A stretch of DNA of 64,000 nucleotides from Candidatus Binatus sp. (GCF_030646925.1 NZ_JAUSKL010000124.1:48298-112297); one strand, 5' to 3'. Numbered from the stretch's first letter, positions 9,129-18,610 are shown. A program made the numbers and translations. The notes: generated by a model from the letters alone, not told the origin.

Positions 9129-9842
9129 CTAACGCTTCTCGAACTGCTTGGCGCCGAACAGGATGTCCCAGCTTTTCTTGTCCTGCTGCGGCTGCTGCGC
9201 CGCCGCGCGCATCTTCTCGACTTCCGCGCCCATCACGGCAAAGCCGCGCTGCGTCGCCGGTCGCGCGCGAAGTTCGTCGTACCATTTCTTCAGATTGGGA
9301 AAGTCCTCGAGTTCCTGCCCCTGCATGCTGTGCGGCACCAGCCACGGATAGATCGCGATATCCGCGATCGAGTAGTCGCCCGCAATATATTTCGCCTCGC
9401 CGAGTCGTTTATCGATCACTCCATAGATGCGTTTGGCTTCGTTAGTGTAACGATTGATCGCGTATTCGATTTTTTCTGGCGCGTAACGGCGAAAATGATG
9501 CGCCTGGCCGAGCATCGGACCGACGCTCGCCATCTGGAACATCAGCCACTGCAACACTTCATACTTGCCGCGCGGGTCAGTCGGCATCAGTTGGCCGGTT
9601 TTTTCCGCGAGATAGATCAGGATCGCGCCGGATTCGAAAATCGAAATCGGCTTGCCATCGGGGCCATCGGAATCGGTGAGCGCGGGCATCCGGTTGTTCG
9701 GACTGATTTTCAAAAATTCGGGCTTGAACTGATCACCGGCGCCGATATTGACCGGAATCACGTTGTACTTGAGCCCGACTTCCTCGAGCATCCAGGTCAC
9801 TTTGTAGCCGTTCGGCGTGGGCCAGAAATATACGTCGATCAT
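9129..9842 (-). CDS. glutathione S-transferase (Nu-class, YghU/YfcG-like)
   Basis: MIDVYFWPTPNGYKVTWMLEEVGL..., ESGAILIYLAEK motif. Confidence 0.85.
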   Translation of the reverse strand: MIDVYFWPTPNGYKVTWMLEEVGLKYNVIPVNIGAGDQFKPEFLKISPNNRMPALTDSDGPDGKPISIFESGAILIYLAEKTGQLMPTDPRGKYEVLQWLMFQMASVGPMLGQAHHFRRYAPEKIEYAINRYTNEAKRIYGVIDKRLGEAKYIAGDYSIADIAIYPWLVPHSMQGQELEDFPNLKKWYDELRARPATQRGFAVMGAEVEKMRAAAQQPQQDKKSWDILFGAKQFEKR

Positions 9843-9968
9843 GCGCTGCTCCTTGCTGGACTCGACAGTTTTCGCGCACGGCCTGTGCGGGATGCGCCGT
9901 TGCAGATTGCAACTTTGATCACTTGCGCACCCGACGCAAGGCAAACTCGATCGAGCGGCAAGGGCCCG

Positions 9969-11097
9969 TTAAGTCGGCATCGTATCGGCGTCACCTTTGC
10001 GCACGCCCATCAGGTACGCCTCGATAAAATCATCGATCGCGCCGTCCAGCACCGCATCCGTGTTGCCGATCTCGACGCCGGTGCGATGGTCCTTCACCAT
10101 CCGATACGGCTGCAGCACGTACGATCGAATCTGGCTGCCCCACGCGATGTCTTTCTTGTCCTTGCTGAACTTCTCGAGTTCTTCCTTTTTCTTGCGCTGC
10201 TCAAGCTCGAACAAACGTGCGCGCAAAATCTTCATCGCCATCGCGCGATTCTTATGCTGCGAGCGCTCGTTCTGGCACGTCACCACGATGCCGCTCGGGA
10301 GGTGCGTGAAGCGCACCGCCGAGTCAGTCTTGTTAACGTGTTGTCCACCCGCCCCCGACGCGCGAAACGTATCGATCCGCAAATCAGCCGGATTGATGAT
10401 GATTTCGATCGTGTCGTCCACCGCTGGAAAAACGAACACCGACGCAAACGACGTATGCCGCCGCGCGTTGGCGTCGAAGGGCGAGATTCGCACCAGCCGA
10501 TGAATCCCGGCCTCGGCCTTGAGATAGCCGTACGCGAAATCTCCTTCCACCGTCACAGTCGCACTCTTGATTCCCGCGCCGTCGCCGGGTTGCAGGTCCG
10601 CGATTTCGGTGCTGAAGCCGCGGCGCTCGGCCCATCGCAGGTAGAGCCGCAGCAGCATCTCGGCCCAATCCTGCGCCTCCATGCCGCCGGCGCCGGGATG
10701 GATCGATACGATCGCGCCGAGCCGATCGTGCTCGCCGCTCAGCATCAGGCGTAGTTCCTGACGCTCGAGCTCGATGCGCGACGCGTCGAGCGCCGACGCG
10801 GTTTCGCGCGCGGCTTCGGAGTCGTCGGCGCCCTCTTCCTCCGCCATCTGGAGAAACACCCGCGCCTCGTCGAGCTTGTCGCGCAGCATCTTGTAGCCCG
10901 TGAGCTGCGCGCGCAGTTGTTCCTGCTCTTTCAGCGACGCCTGCGCTTTTTCGCGGTCGTCCCAGAAATCCTGTTTGGCGGATTGTTCGACGAGCTGGGT
11001 CTGGCGGGTGGTCAGTGCGGGGACGTCAAAGACGCCTCCCGAGCTTATCGGCGCGATCATCGAACTCGGCAAGCTGCTGCTTCATGTCGCTGAGCAT
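9969..11097 (-). CDS. prfB: peptide chain release factor 2 with programmed +1 frameshift (join 11097..11029 and 11027..9969)
   Basis: Frame-0 ORF from ATG at 11097 (MLSDMKQQLAEFDDRADKLGRRL) ends at CTT TGA C preceded by GGGAGG; +1 frame continues DVPALTT...; GGQ motif (SGAGGQHVNKT) and SPF motif downstream. Confidence 0.9.
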
Positions 11098-11198
11098 TGG
11101 AAATTTCACCTCACCTCGCGCCGGGATTAATCGGCGCCTGAGGATTCATTGTGACACAAGCGCGCGCTCCGATTAATGGGGCCTGGCTCCGCTCCTTT

Positions 11199-12383
11199 TT
11201 ACTTCGGGATTGGCTTTTGCAAAATGACGAGCACGTTTTTCCCTCGTTGCGGCACGCGTTGTCTTCCAACAAGCCCCTGCAACCGCACCTTTCCGGCGCT
11301 TATCCAATCACGAATCCAGTCTTTGAGGTCACTTTCCCAGACCATCGGTACCGATGTTGTTATTTGCCAAAGAATGTCGTGCGGAACGCGGCCTTTCTCA
11401 GCCAGCTCAGCTTCGACTTTTGCCAGTCCGATCTCGATAAATCGTTGCCGCAACGAATCGTAATAATCCGAATCGTTCATAACACCGGCGGAAAACAGTT
11501 CCCTATTTGCACTGCGATCGATTCGCCTGCGCTGACGCGCCGCAGCTCGAGCTGATTCCATTGCCTGCATGGCCATCTTTTCCGATTCCTTGAAGACTGC
11601 CATACCCTCCGGGTGGCGCGTTGCGCAGATCAAATGGAAATGGGTTCGATTGATCTCGGGATGCAATACAATAGCGCTACTAACAAAATCGAAACCGCCA
11701 ACGCGCTTTACGTTCTCGGAATAGAGTCTGACCGCCTCCTCATCGCGATCCACGCCGGTCAAACCTTCCAACCCCTTCCGGTAGGTTTCTGAACCAAACA
11801 GCGCTGTGAAGCTGTCCTGTGTATCTTTTTGAGGAGAATCCAAAAAACGGCGTATGTGACCGGTCATGAAGTTAATCAAAACTTCAACTGGATGAAGCTT
11901 CAAGATCGGTTCGATCGTGTTCATTGCGAAGCCCGTCCAGCCTGTCGGATCGATAAATACAAACGGAAAGGATCCTGACCCGCCATCCCTCACGAAGCTG
12001 AGAATCTCCCCGACGGCTCCCTCGAGTTCTCCGTTCAGCGTTTTGACGTCGATATCCGAAATGCTTGCGGTAAATTTCTGGAGTTGTTCGTACGCTCCTG
12101 GATCTCTTTCGAGGAAGAAGCAACGCAATCGTAACACGTGTCCGCGCTTCAGTTGCGTTGCTCGAGCCTTTCTCAATTCTTCCAAAGCGATTGAGAAGGA
12201 GCTATCGCTTAGCTTGCTCGATTGCACATTCCAAGGGCCGGCGAAACAGTCTATGTAGGTTATGCAAGCCCACTTAGACCCAACCTTGTGAGCAAAGCGC
12301 TCAAGGTACTTTCGAAGAATGAGATGCTTTACAAGGGTTTGTTCCCGACCAATGTATAGATCTTCCTCGCTCAAATTCCCCAC
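11199..12383 (-). CDS. three-Cys-motif partner protein TcmP-like (partner of Gp37/Gp68-family protein)
   Basis: 394-aa protein with YIDCFAGPW and FVFIDPTGW motifs; adjacency to DUF5131 protein matches the TcmP context; lower GC. Confidence 0.55.
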   Translation of the reverse strand: MGNLSEEDLYIGREQTLVKHLILRKYLERFAHKVGSKWACITYIDCFAGPWNVQSSKLSDSSFSIALEELRKARATQLKRGHVLRLRCFFLERDPGAYEQLQKFTASISDIDVKTLNGELEGAVGEILSFVRDGGSGSFPFVFIDPTGWTGFAMNTIEPILKLHPVEVLINFMTGHIRRFLDSPQKDTQDSFTALFGSETYRKGLEGLTGVDRDEEAVRLYSENVKRVGGFDFVSSAIVLHPEINRTHFHLICATRHPEGMAVFKESEKMAMQAMESARAAARQRRRIDRSANRELFSAGVMNDSDYYDSLRQRFIEIGLAKVEAELAEKGRVPHDILWQITTSVPMVWESDLKDWIRDWISAGKVRLQGLVGRQRVPQRGKNVLVILQKPIPK

Positions 12384-12429
12384 CTTTGAATCGCAATGGT
12401 TTTTATCGTTCTAGGTGACAGGAAGTTAT

Positions 12430-13182
12430 CTAATTTGGGTTCTTCCACTTGTGCGTCGTGGGAAACTCCCCATAAGTCTTTCCACGCAGCCGGCGTCCAG
12501 TCTCATGCTTTCGCACGCCGCCCCATTGCTTGAAAAAGAATGGAACACCGAACTGTCGACATTGACCTAAAAGAGATAGAACCCACTTCTCTTCCATAGG
12601 CCTTGCCTTCGGTCCGCTCTCGCCACCGACAATCACCCAGTCGATTCCGCTAAGGTCGAGCGTGCCGAGATCTTCCAGCAGAGGCTCTACCGAAAGAAAT
12701 CTGACGCAAGCAGGAGTCTCCAATAGAGCCTTAATCCGAGGCAAGCCGTATTTTCGATCTTCAACGCTCACTCCGAACCAAACATTTGGTAACTCTCCCA
12801 ACCAAGCGAGTGGCCCTGAAATGAGCTCCTTCATTCTCGTGTGGCGCTTCGTAAGAACTTGGTAGACATGCCAATTCGCCTCTTCCATGACGCGGCCGAC
12901 ATCCCCTATGTAGCTAATCGGCACGCCTTCTTGGAAGAGATCACTCATCGAGTTTACAAATATCATACGCGGAGTTAGCCACCTCAAAGGCTCGCGCAAC
13001 TTTTCTGGTACAAGTCGCAGATCAAAGCCCTGTTCGAAGGGATGTCCCCTCACCCCGCGGAACCGCTGGGCAAATCGCTCGGCGTAGCAGTTCTTGCATC
13101 CTGGACTTACTTTCACGCACCCTCTAATCGGATTCCAGGTAGCATCCGTCCATTCGATGGTACTCTTGACGCTCATTGTCAA
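12430..13182 (-). CDS. phage Gp37/Gp68-family protein (DUF5131) with three-Cys motif
   Basis: N-terminal TIEWTDATWNPIRGCVKVSPGCKNCYA (Cys-x6-Cys-x2-Cys) characteristic of the family; 250 aa. Confidence 0.65.
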   Translation of the reverse strand: MTMSVKSTIEWTDATWNPIRGCVKVSPGCKNCYAERFAQRFRGVRGHPFEQGFDLRLVPEKLREPLRWLTPRMIFVNSMSDLFQEGVPISYIGDVGRVMEEANWHVYQVLTKRHTRMKELISGPLAWLGELPNVWFGVSVEDRKYGLPRIKALLETPACVRFLSVEPLLEDLGTLDLSGIDWVIVGGESGPKARPMEEKWVLSLLGQCRQFGVPFFFKQWGGVRKHETGRRLRGKTYGEFPTTHKWKNPN

Positions 13183-13388
13183 ACCCTCGAGCGAAACTTA
13201 GGCGAAACTGGTCTGAAGTTCAACCGCCATTTCGCGAGCAGGCGGCTGCTGACGTTGATGCACCTGCACGCACATGACAATTTTCGCCGCAATAATGAGA
13301 GGTCACATTCCGTCGCGAGGCCCCGATTAATGGGGTGTCCGCCCGCCCGCCGGTGCGCCTGTATATCTGGGCGGCGCGAAATGCCGAG

Positions 13389-13420
13389 TGGCTCCCCGGG
13401 CCGGATTCGAACCAGCGACA
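13389..13420. repeat. 32-nt direct copy of the 3' end of tRNA-Asn (att-like island boundary)
   Basis: tggctccccgggccggattcgaaccagcgaca identical to 17399-17430. Confidence 0.8.
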
Positions 13421-13439
13421 CTCGAATACAGATCACAGA

Positions 13440-13784
13440 TTAGATCGTGATGAATGCTTCCAGTTTGGCGCGCACGAGTTGCGCGATTGCCTGCGGGACC
13501 TTCGCACCGGCATATCGGATTGGTCGCGCCATCGTATCGATGCTGCAGATGTGACTGGTAAGGATCTCACCCGAAATCGGTAACCCGGGTGGTAGAACGA
13601 CGCTGGTGGGAAATGGCCGAACACGAGACGTGATCGGGCAAACAAACGCCAATCCCGTGTTTTCGGCGAACAATGCTGACGAGACGACCAGCGCGGGCCG
13701 CCTGCCGGCCTGCTCCCTGCCTCGAGTCGGATCGAAATCGGTCCAAACCAGATCGCCGGCGCCCGGCACGTAGTTTCGCGCCAT
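13440..13784 (-). CDS. mazF: MazF/PemK-family type II toxin (mRNA interferase)
   Basis: MARNYVPGAGDLVWTDFDPTRGREQAGRRPALVVS... PemK/MazF fold signature; start overlaps antitoxin stop. Confidence 0.75.
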   Translation of the reverse strand: MARNYVPGAGDLVWTDFDPTRGREQAGRRPALVVSSALFAENTGLAFVCPITSRVRPFPTSVVLPPGLPISGEILTSHICSIDTMARPIRYAGAKVPQAIAQLVRAKLEAFITI

Positions 13785-14044
13785 TACTCCTCGACGACCT
13801 CGCGCCCGCGATCGGCCCCCCACTCGAATGCAGAGGAATAAGCCGCCCGCCACTGCTTAGGACTCTTCCCCCTGAAAAGCCCTTCCAATGTGAAAGACGG
13901 CGCAGCGCGACGGACAACGATATTGCCGTCCTGGGTCTCAACCTCGACGCGTTCACCGCCGCTGAGCCCGGCGCTCCTTGCGACCTCTGCGGGAAGCCTG
14001 ACTGCGAGGCTCTTGCCCCATTTTCCAACTGTTGCACGTGACAT
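13784..14044 (-). CDS. mazE: MazE/AbrB-type antitoxin (SpoVT-AbrB domain)
   Basis: MSRATVGKWGKSLAVRLPAEVARSAGL... swapped-hairpin AbrB-like N-terminus; directly upstream of mazF. Confidence 0.65.
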   Translation of the reverse strand: MSRATVGKWGKSLAVRLPAEVARSAGLSGGERVEVETQDGNIVVRRAAPSFTLEGLFRGKSPKQWRAAYSSAFEWGADRGREVVEE

Positions 14045-14215
14045 ACGGCGCTTTCCACACCCCTGAGATATTCTCAGGATATCATCGCGGGCGAGCCTTT
14101 TCAAACGAGCGAATACCGGGATGTGGCGGATGGCCAAGCGCAGGCCGTCAAAAAAGACGCCACCCGATCTCGTCGGGGCAATTTAATGGGCGGTCCGGCG
14201 AGCCGCAGATGCTGG

Positions 14216-15736
14216 CTATCTGGGATCGAATGCCGCAGCCAGATCGCGATTTCCTCCTTGGGCCGCCCGTTCTTGTTCGAGCCTGGCCAGGCGCGCTTCG
14301 AGACGTGCGATCTTCTCAACCTGCCGGCGCAGTTGTTCTATCTGCGCTGCTTGCTCCTTGTTCTTCCTGGTTTCTTTCTGTAGTTCGTTCAGCAGCATCG
14401 AGGTAAGCATCGAGTAGCGCACCGACTGGACCTTGCCATCGTCATCGTGGACCACCAGTTCCGGATAGACACGATAGACTTCCTCGGCCACCAGCCCATA
14501 CTGCTTGATAGCTTGCGGATCGTCCTTGTAGCGGAATGTCACTGGATGCAGCTTCATCAGACCTTCGGTCGAGTCTCCCTTATCGTTAATGTCGCGCTTG
14601 TAGCGAGCAGACGAGATCACTACTCCGAGCTTGCCGCTGCCATTAACTACAACATCGCTGCCTGTTACCGCCGTGCCCGCGATGCCCGCAATAAAAGTCT
14701 GCGTCTGCGTGCCCTGTAATCCGATTCGTATAGTCCCGGTGTCAGTCGAAAGACCCAAGCTCGCGATGTGGATGTTGTTCTTACCGGTGGTCAGGTTGAA
14801 GCCCGCCTGGAACCCGAGCGCGGCATTGGTTTGGCCGGTAGTGTTGTTAAACAGCGCCTGCAGTCCCACAGCCGTGTTGAAGCTGCCGGTTGTGTTCTTA
14901 AGCAGAGCTTGCGCTCCGTCGGCCGTGTTCTGCACGGCGGTGGTGTTGCTAAAGAGAGCCTTCGCGCCGGTGGCCGTGTTGTTGTTGCCCGAGGTGTTAT
15001 TGAACAGCGCCGACGACCCGCCCGCGGTGTTGCTGACGCCGATCGTGTTCGATGTCAGCGCCGAGTCTCCGCTGGCGGTGTTGAGGTTACCGGTAGTGTT
15101 GCTTCGGAGCGCGCTCGCGCCGTCAGCGGCATTGTTGCCGCCCGTGGTGTTGTTAAACAGCGCAAACGCGCCGGTCGCAGTGTTGCTGACTCCCGTCGTG
15201 TTTAATATCAGCGCCGAGGCTCCGTCAGCGGTATTGAAGATACCGGTAGTATTGAATCTCAGCGCCTGGGATCCGGTCCCGGTGTTGCTCGCACCCGAGG
15301 TGTTGAACTGCAAGGCGTCCAGCCCGGTCGCGGTATTGTCGGAACCGGTCGTGTTAGTTCGAAGGCTGTTGAGCCCGGTGGCAGAATTGCCGCCTCCAGT
15401 GGTGTTGGCCGCCAGCGCGCGGCGGCCGATGGCGGTGTTGGCGCCGCCGGAGGTGTTGGAGCTAAGCGCGGATTCGCCCGTAGCCGTGTTGTTGTTGCCG
15501 CCAACATTTCCCTTGAGGGCGCTCGCTCCACAGGCGGTATTGCCACCGCCGGTGGTATCGGCATTGAGGGCGTTGAATCCGAGCGCAGTGTTGTTGGTGC
15601 CCGTGGTGACGCTCGCCAAGGCGCCGCTTCCCAATTTGGTGTTGCTCTGGGCCAGCACGACAGCGGGGCTTGAGATCGCCGCCGCCAACACGACGATGAG
15701 GGTAGCAACGAAACGCAAACTTGAGTTCTTCATCAC
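14216..15736 (-). CDS. secreted repeat protein with C-terminal peptidase S74 / tail-fibre intramolecular chaperone domain and coiled-coil
   Basis: Signal peptide, ~25 tandem 14-15 aa repeats (NTTGxxNTAxGxxAL), then IASLG..ARYKRDI..LHPVTFRYK..GLVAEEVYRVYPELV chaperone-of-endosialidase motif, then heptad-like C-terminus. Confidence 0.7.
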   Translation of the reverse strand: MMKNSSLRFVATLIVVLAAAISSPAVVLAQSNTKLGSGALASVTTGTNNTALGFNALNADTTGGGNTACGASALKGNVGGNNNTATGESALSSNTSGGANTAIGRRALAANTTGGGNSATGLNSLRTNTTGSDNTATGLDALQFNTSGASNTGTGSQALRFNTTGIFNTADGASALILNTTGVSNTATGAFALFNNTTGGNNAADGASALRSNTTGNLNTASGDSALTSNTIGVSNTAGGSSALFNNTSGNNNTATGAKALFSNTTAVQNTADGAQALLKNTTGSFNTAVGLQALFNNTTGQTNAALGFQAGFNLTTGKNNIHIASLGLSTDTGTIRIGLQGTQTQTFIAGIAGTAVTGSDVVVNGSGKLGVVISSARYKRDINDKGDSTEGLMKLHPVTFRYKDDPQAIKQYGLVAEEVYRVYPELVVHDDDGKVQSVRYSMLTSMLLNELQKETRKNKEQAAQIEQLRRQVEKIARLEARLARLEQERAAQGGNRDLAAAFDPR

Positions 15737-16426
15737 GTTCTCTCCTCCAGAGCGCTCCAGTAGCGGCTGCTCCCCGAGCGCGATCGCCGATACCTCGCCG
15801 CCCTCGGGTAGATGCTAGGCTGTCCCTAGGATGTGGTATGCCCCAAGCGAGGGGGTTAGAGCAAGGGAGCAGCCGGAAGCTGAAACTCGCCGAGGCCGTC
15901 GCCGACGACGCACCTGCGTGGGCATAACGCCGAGGTAGAAAATCAGGATTGCGCTGCCGCTGATCTGGCGACCTGCTGACGCGCTACTTCCGCTCGAATG
16001 CGGCCGCCAGATCGCGATCTTCGTTCTTCGACAGCGTCGCGCGCTCGCAAGAGCTAAGCGCCACCCGGTTATCGGCCGGCCTTCGGTCCGCCATTTCGAA
16101 ATTAGGTGGTGCGCCCGGCTCTGCGCCTCACGACGAAGGGGCCAGGGAAGTTGATCGAGTCTGACCTCACGGTGTCGGTAAGGGTCTAATTTCTCGATAC
16201 GGCGGCCTCGTTGTCGGCGAAATTCCATTCCGAAATATTATTGGACTAGAATGCGGAAAACTGAAGCTAAGCGAATCACGCGTTCTTCGACGCTACCACA
16301 TCCTTGTTTCACCACCGAGTCCACTTTGACGCCAAATCCGCCGAAGGGGTTCTTGCACGGGAAGCGAGTGCTAATCTCAAGTTTGAGACCGAGCCCGCCG
16401 AGCTGCGCGAGATAGGAGTTAGCCAC

Positions 16427-17134
16427 ATGAAAAAGCTTTTTGCTGTGCTGCTGCTAGGAGTCGGCGCACTTCTCCACGCCCCTTCGCACGCAGCCGAAAT
16501 ACGATCTCAGCGGGAGTCGAGTCCGTACGCTTCCAGTGCTTCTGGAAGCCAGCGATACTCAATCCCACCGTCGAAGCAAACTCTGGAAATTCCGACCATC
16601 GAAGTTCCGGCTGCTCTCGAACTTCCGCCTGTCGTAGTCGGTTGCTGGCACGGAGAAGATGTCTTGGATGACGTGACGGTGGTGCTCGGAGACCACGGAG
16701 CTGATTCCTATACCTCCACCATCTACACCCTATGCTATCGCAAACGCGGCGACGGCCCCTATGAACTCTCCCTCGCTACCGCCACCGCCGGTTCCACCAA
16801 CCCGTGGGCGGGGCTCGGAGGCTTCTTGCTGGCCTCCCGAATCGCGGCGGTAGAGGCGCAGTTTTCGGACGAAAAACTGGAACTTGTGCCCGAAGACGAG
16901 CCGACTCGGTTTCGATTGCACATTAGTTTTCGCATGACCACTCACCTGTCTCTGTTCGGGATGTACGTTGGTCAGAGCAGTTACAATTGTGATGAATTGA
17001 TGTACTGCCAAGTCCGCTCCCCCTCCTCCGTCTACTGCCAAAGCGCAGGCACCACCGAACGCGATGACGGAACTTGGAAGGTGCTGGGCCACGGTCATGT
17101 CGAATTGACTCGGCTGGCCAACCAAGCTTCATGA
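16427..17134 (+). CDS. secreted hypothetical protein
   Basis: Signal peptide MKKLFAVLLLGVGALLHAPSHAAE; GGAG RBS; no family recognised. Confidence 0.5.
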   Translation: MKKLFAVLLLGVGALLHAPSHAAEIRSQRESSPYASSASGSQRYSIPPSKQTLEIPTIEVPAALELPPVVVGCWHGEDVLDDVTVVLGDHGADSYTSTIYTLCYRKRGDGPYELSLATATAGSTNPWAGLGGFLLASRIAAVEAQFSDEKLELVPEDEPTRFRLHISFRMTTHLSLFGMYVGQSSYNCDELMYCQVRSPSSVYCQSAGTTERDDGTWKVLGHGHVELTRLANQAS

Positions 17135-17398
17135 GAAACGGTGGGGCGTCGAGCAAACCGGTTAACCTCCCCTGTCCCACAGTCGGCTTGACGCCAAGCC
17201 TTCTAATACTGGATATCAGCCGACAGATCAGAGTGCCGCGCATCCTGCCCCGTTGGCCCATCCATGAGATTGAGAAGGCGGCGTGCAGCGGGCGTCTTGT
17301 CTTGGGGGACCCCACCAAAGTCCCCACAGTTGGCAAGTGACAGTAAGCCCGTTCTGAACTGAGGGGCCAAATGATCTTCGCCAATGCTAGAGTTTTAG

Positions 17399-17474
17399 TG
17401 GCTCCCCGGGCCGGATTCGAACCAGCGACATGACGGTTAACAGCCGTCCGCTCTACCGACTGAGCTACCGGGGA
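17399..17474 (-). tRNA. tRNA-Asn (anticodon GTT)
   Basis: rc reads TCCCCGG TA GCTC AGTCGGTA GAGC G GACGG CTGTTAA CCGTC ATGTC GCTGG TTCGAAT CCGGC CCGGGGA G CCA. Confidence 0.9.
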
Positions 17475-17590
17475 GCAATCCGATGCGGATTCGGAACTAT
17501 TCTTGGTATCTGCGTAGCGGATTCAAATCAAGGGTTCGCGACCGCCAACTGCGAATGCCGATACATTATGCGCTGAGCCTCGACTGACAC

Positions 17591-18427
17591 TCAATCGGGC
17601 GCTTTGGTCCCGCGCAGCGCCTTGTCCTGCACCTCGGCCATCGCCTTGACCGTCTCGACGATATACCTCGCGGGCAGAACTCCCGCGAGGCCCGAGAAAA
17701 CCGGGTCGCTGGTGAGCGAACTGTTCGCCTCAAGGATGCCCCACAGCGCAAAGCGCAACCCGGCGCTGACGAAGACCGGCGCACCGCTCGAGAATCCAGG
17801 CGTGCCGCCGCCGTCGAGCAACGACAGTTGCTGCAGGCCGGCGCCAACCACTTCGGTTTCGGCCGGCACGGGCACCGAGACATGGCCGAAGCGTGCGAGC
17901 GCTTCGAATCGCGGACGCGAGGCGCCGACGGTCGCGGCCGTCAGGTAGTAAATCTGCGCGCCGGTTTCGGGACGCGTCAGCGGGTCGTCGTTGCCAAGCA
18001 GTGAGCTCAGCGGTATCGGAGCAATCGCGGCGCCCTCGGAGGTAAACGGCACCGCGGCGACGTCGGCCTTTTCATTCAGCGGATCGAGCACCCATTTGGC
18101 CTCTGGCGGGAGCGGTTCTTCGCGCATCGCGGCGGTTTTCGAATCTTCGAGGGTGAGGAACAGCCCGCTGCGTTCGTTGCCTTGTTGATCGAGCAGATTG
18201 TGGCGAGCGGTCACGAGATAGACGAAGGACCGGCCCGGAAACGCCTCGCTCGGCACGGCGACAAAGAAGGCGGTGCCGACCTGCACGACGCGGCCGTTGC
18301 CATGGCTCACGATACCGGCGACGTTGCGCAAGGTTTGAGTCGGTACTGTATCGGCGACGGATTTAGCCGGCGCTGAAAGCGCGGCGGCGATCGCCAGCGC
18401 GAGAGTCGAGGCTACGGCATTTCTCAT
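17591..18427 (-). CDS. secreted trypsin-like serine peptidase (S1 family)
   Basis: Signal peptide MRNAVASTLALAIAAALSAPA; TARHNL His motif and GFSSGAPVF Ser motif. Confidence 0.6.
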   Translation of the reverse strand: MRNAVASTLALAIAAALSAPAKSVADTVPTQTLRNVAGIVSHGNGRVVQVGTAFFVAVPSEAFPGRSFVYLVTARHNLLDQQGNERSGLFLTLEDSKTAAMREEPLPPEAKWVLDPLNEKADVAAVPFTSEGAAIAPIPLSSLLGNDDPLTRPETGAQIYYLTAATVGASRPRFEALARFGHVSVPVPAETEVVGAGLQQLSLLDGGGTPGFSSGAPVFVSAGLRFALWGILEANSSLTSDPVFSGLAGVLPARYIVETVKAMAEVQDKALRGTKAPD

Positions 18428-18610
18428 TCGTGGGGATTCACTCACAGGCTTAAATTTTTTGGGGACGATTCCGACGTGACAGGATAGCAGTTGGAGGGGA
18501 GTTGCGGCCAATCAGAATTCAGCAATAGAAACGGCGCGGCAAAAGATTGAATCTTCGACCGCGCCGCGGATTAAGGCTCAAGTTATGCTGCTAGATGACG
18601 GCGCATATTA

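Noticed and set aside
9330-10754. 474-aa plus-strand ORF
   Set aside because: Antisense to the GST and prfB genes.
14631-15818. 395-aa plus-strand ORF rich in PVV/AVL repeats
   Set aside because: Mirror-image translation of the tandem-repeat region of the S74-domain protein gene on the minus strand.
15937-16100. 36-aa minus-strand ORF ending ...EDRDLAAAFERK whose 3' end shares ~27/30 nt with the 3' end of the S74-protein gene (14224-14255)
   Set aside because: Similarity is confined to the last ~30 nt. It may be a remnant of a paralogous gene end or a shared terminator region. Too short to call.
13389-17474. Looked for an integrase or recombinase in the tRNA-Asn islet
   Set aside because: No tyrosine or serine recombinase-like ORF is present between the att-like repeats. 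The islet is therefore described as a remnant, not an active element.
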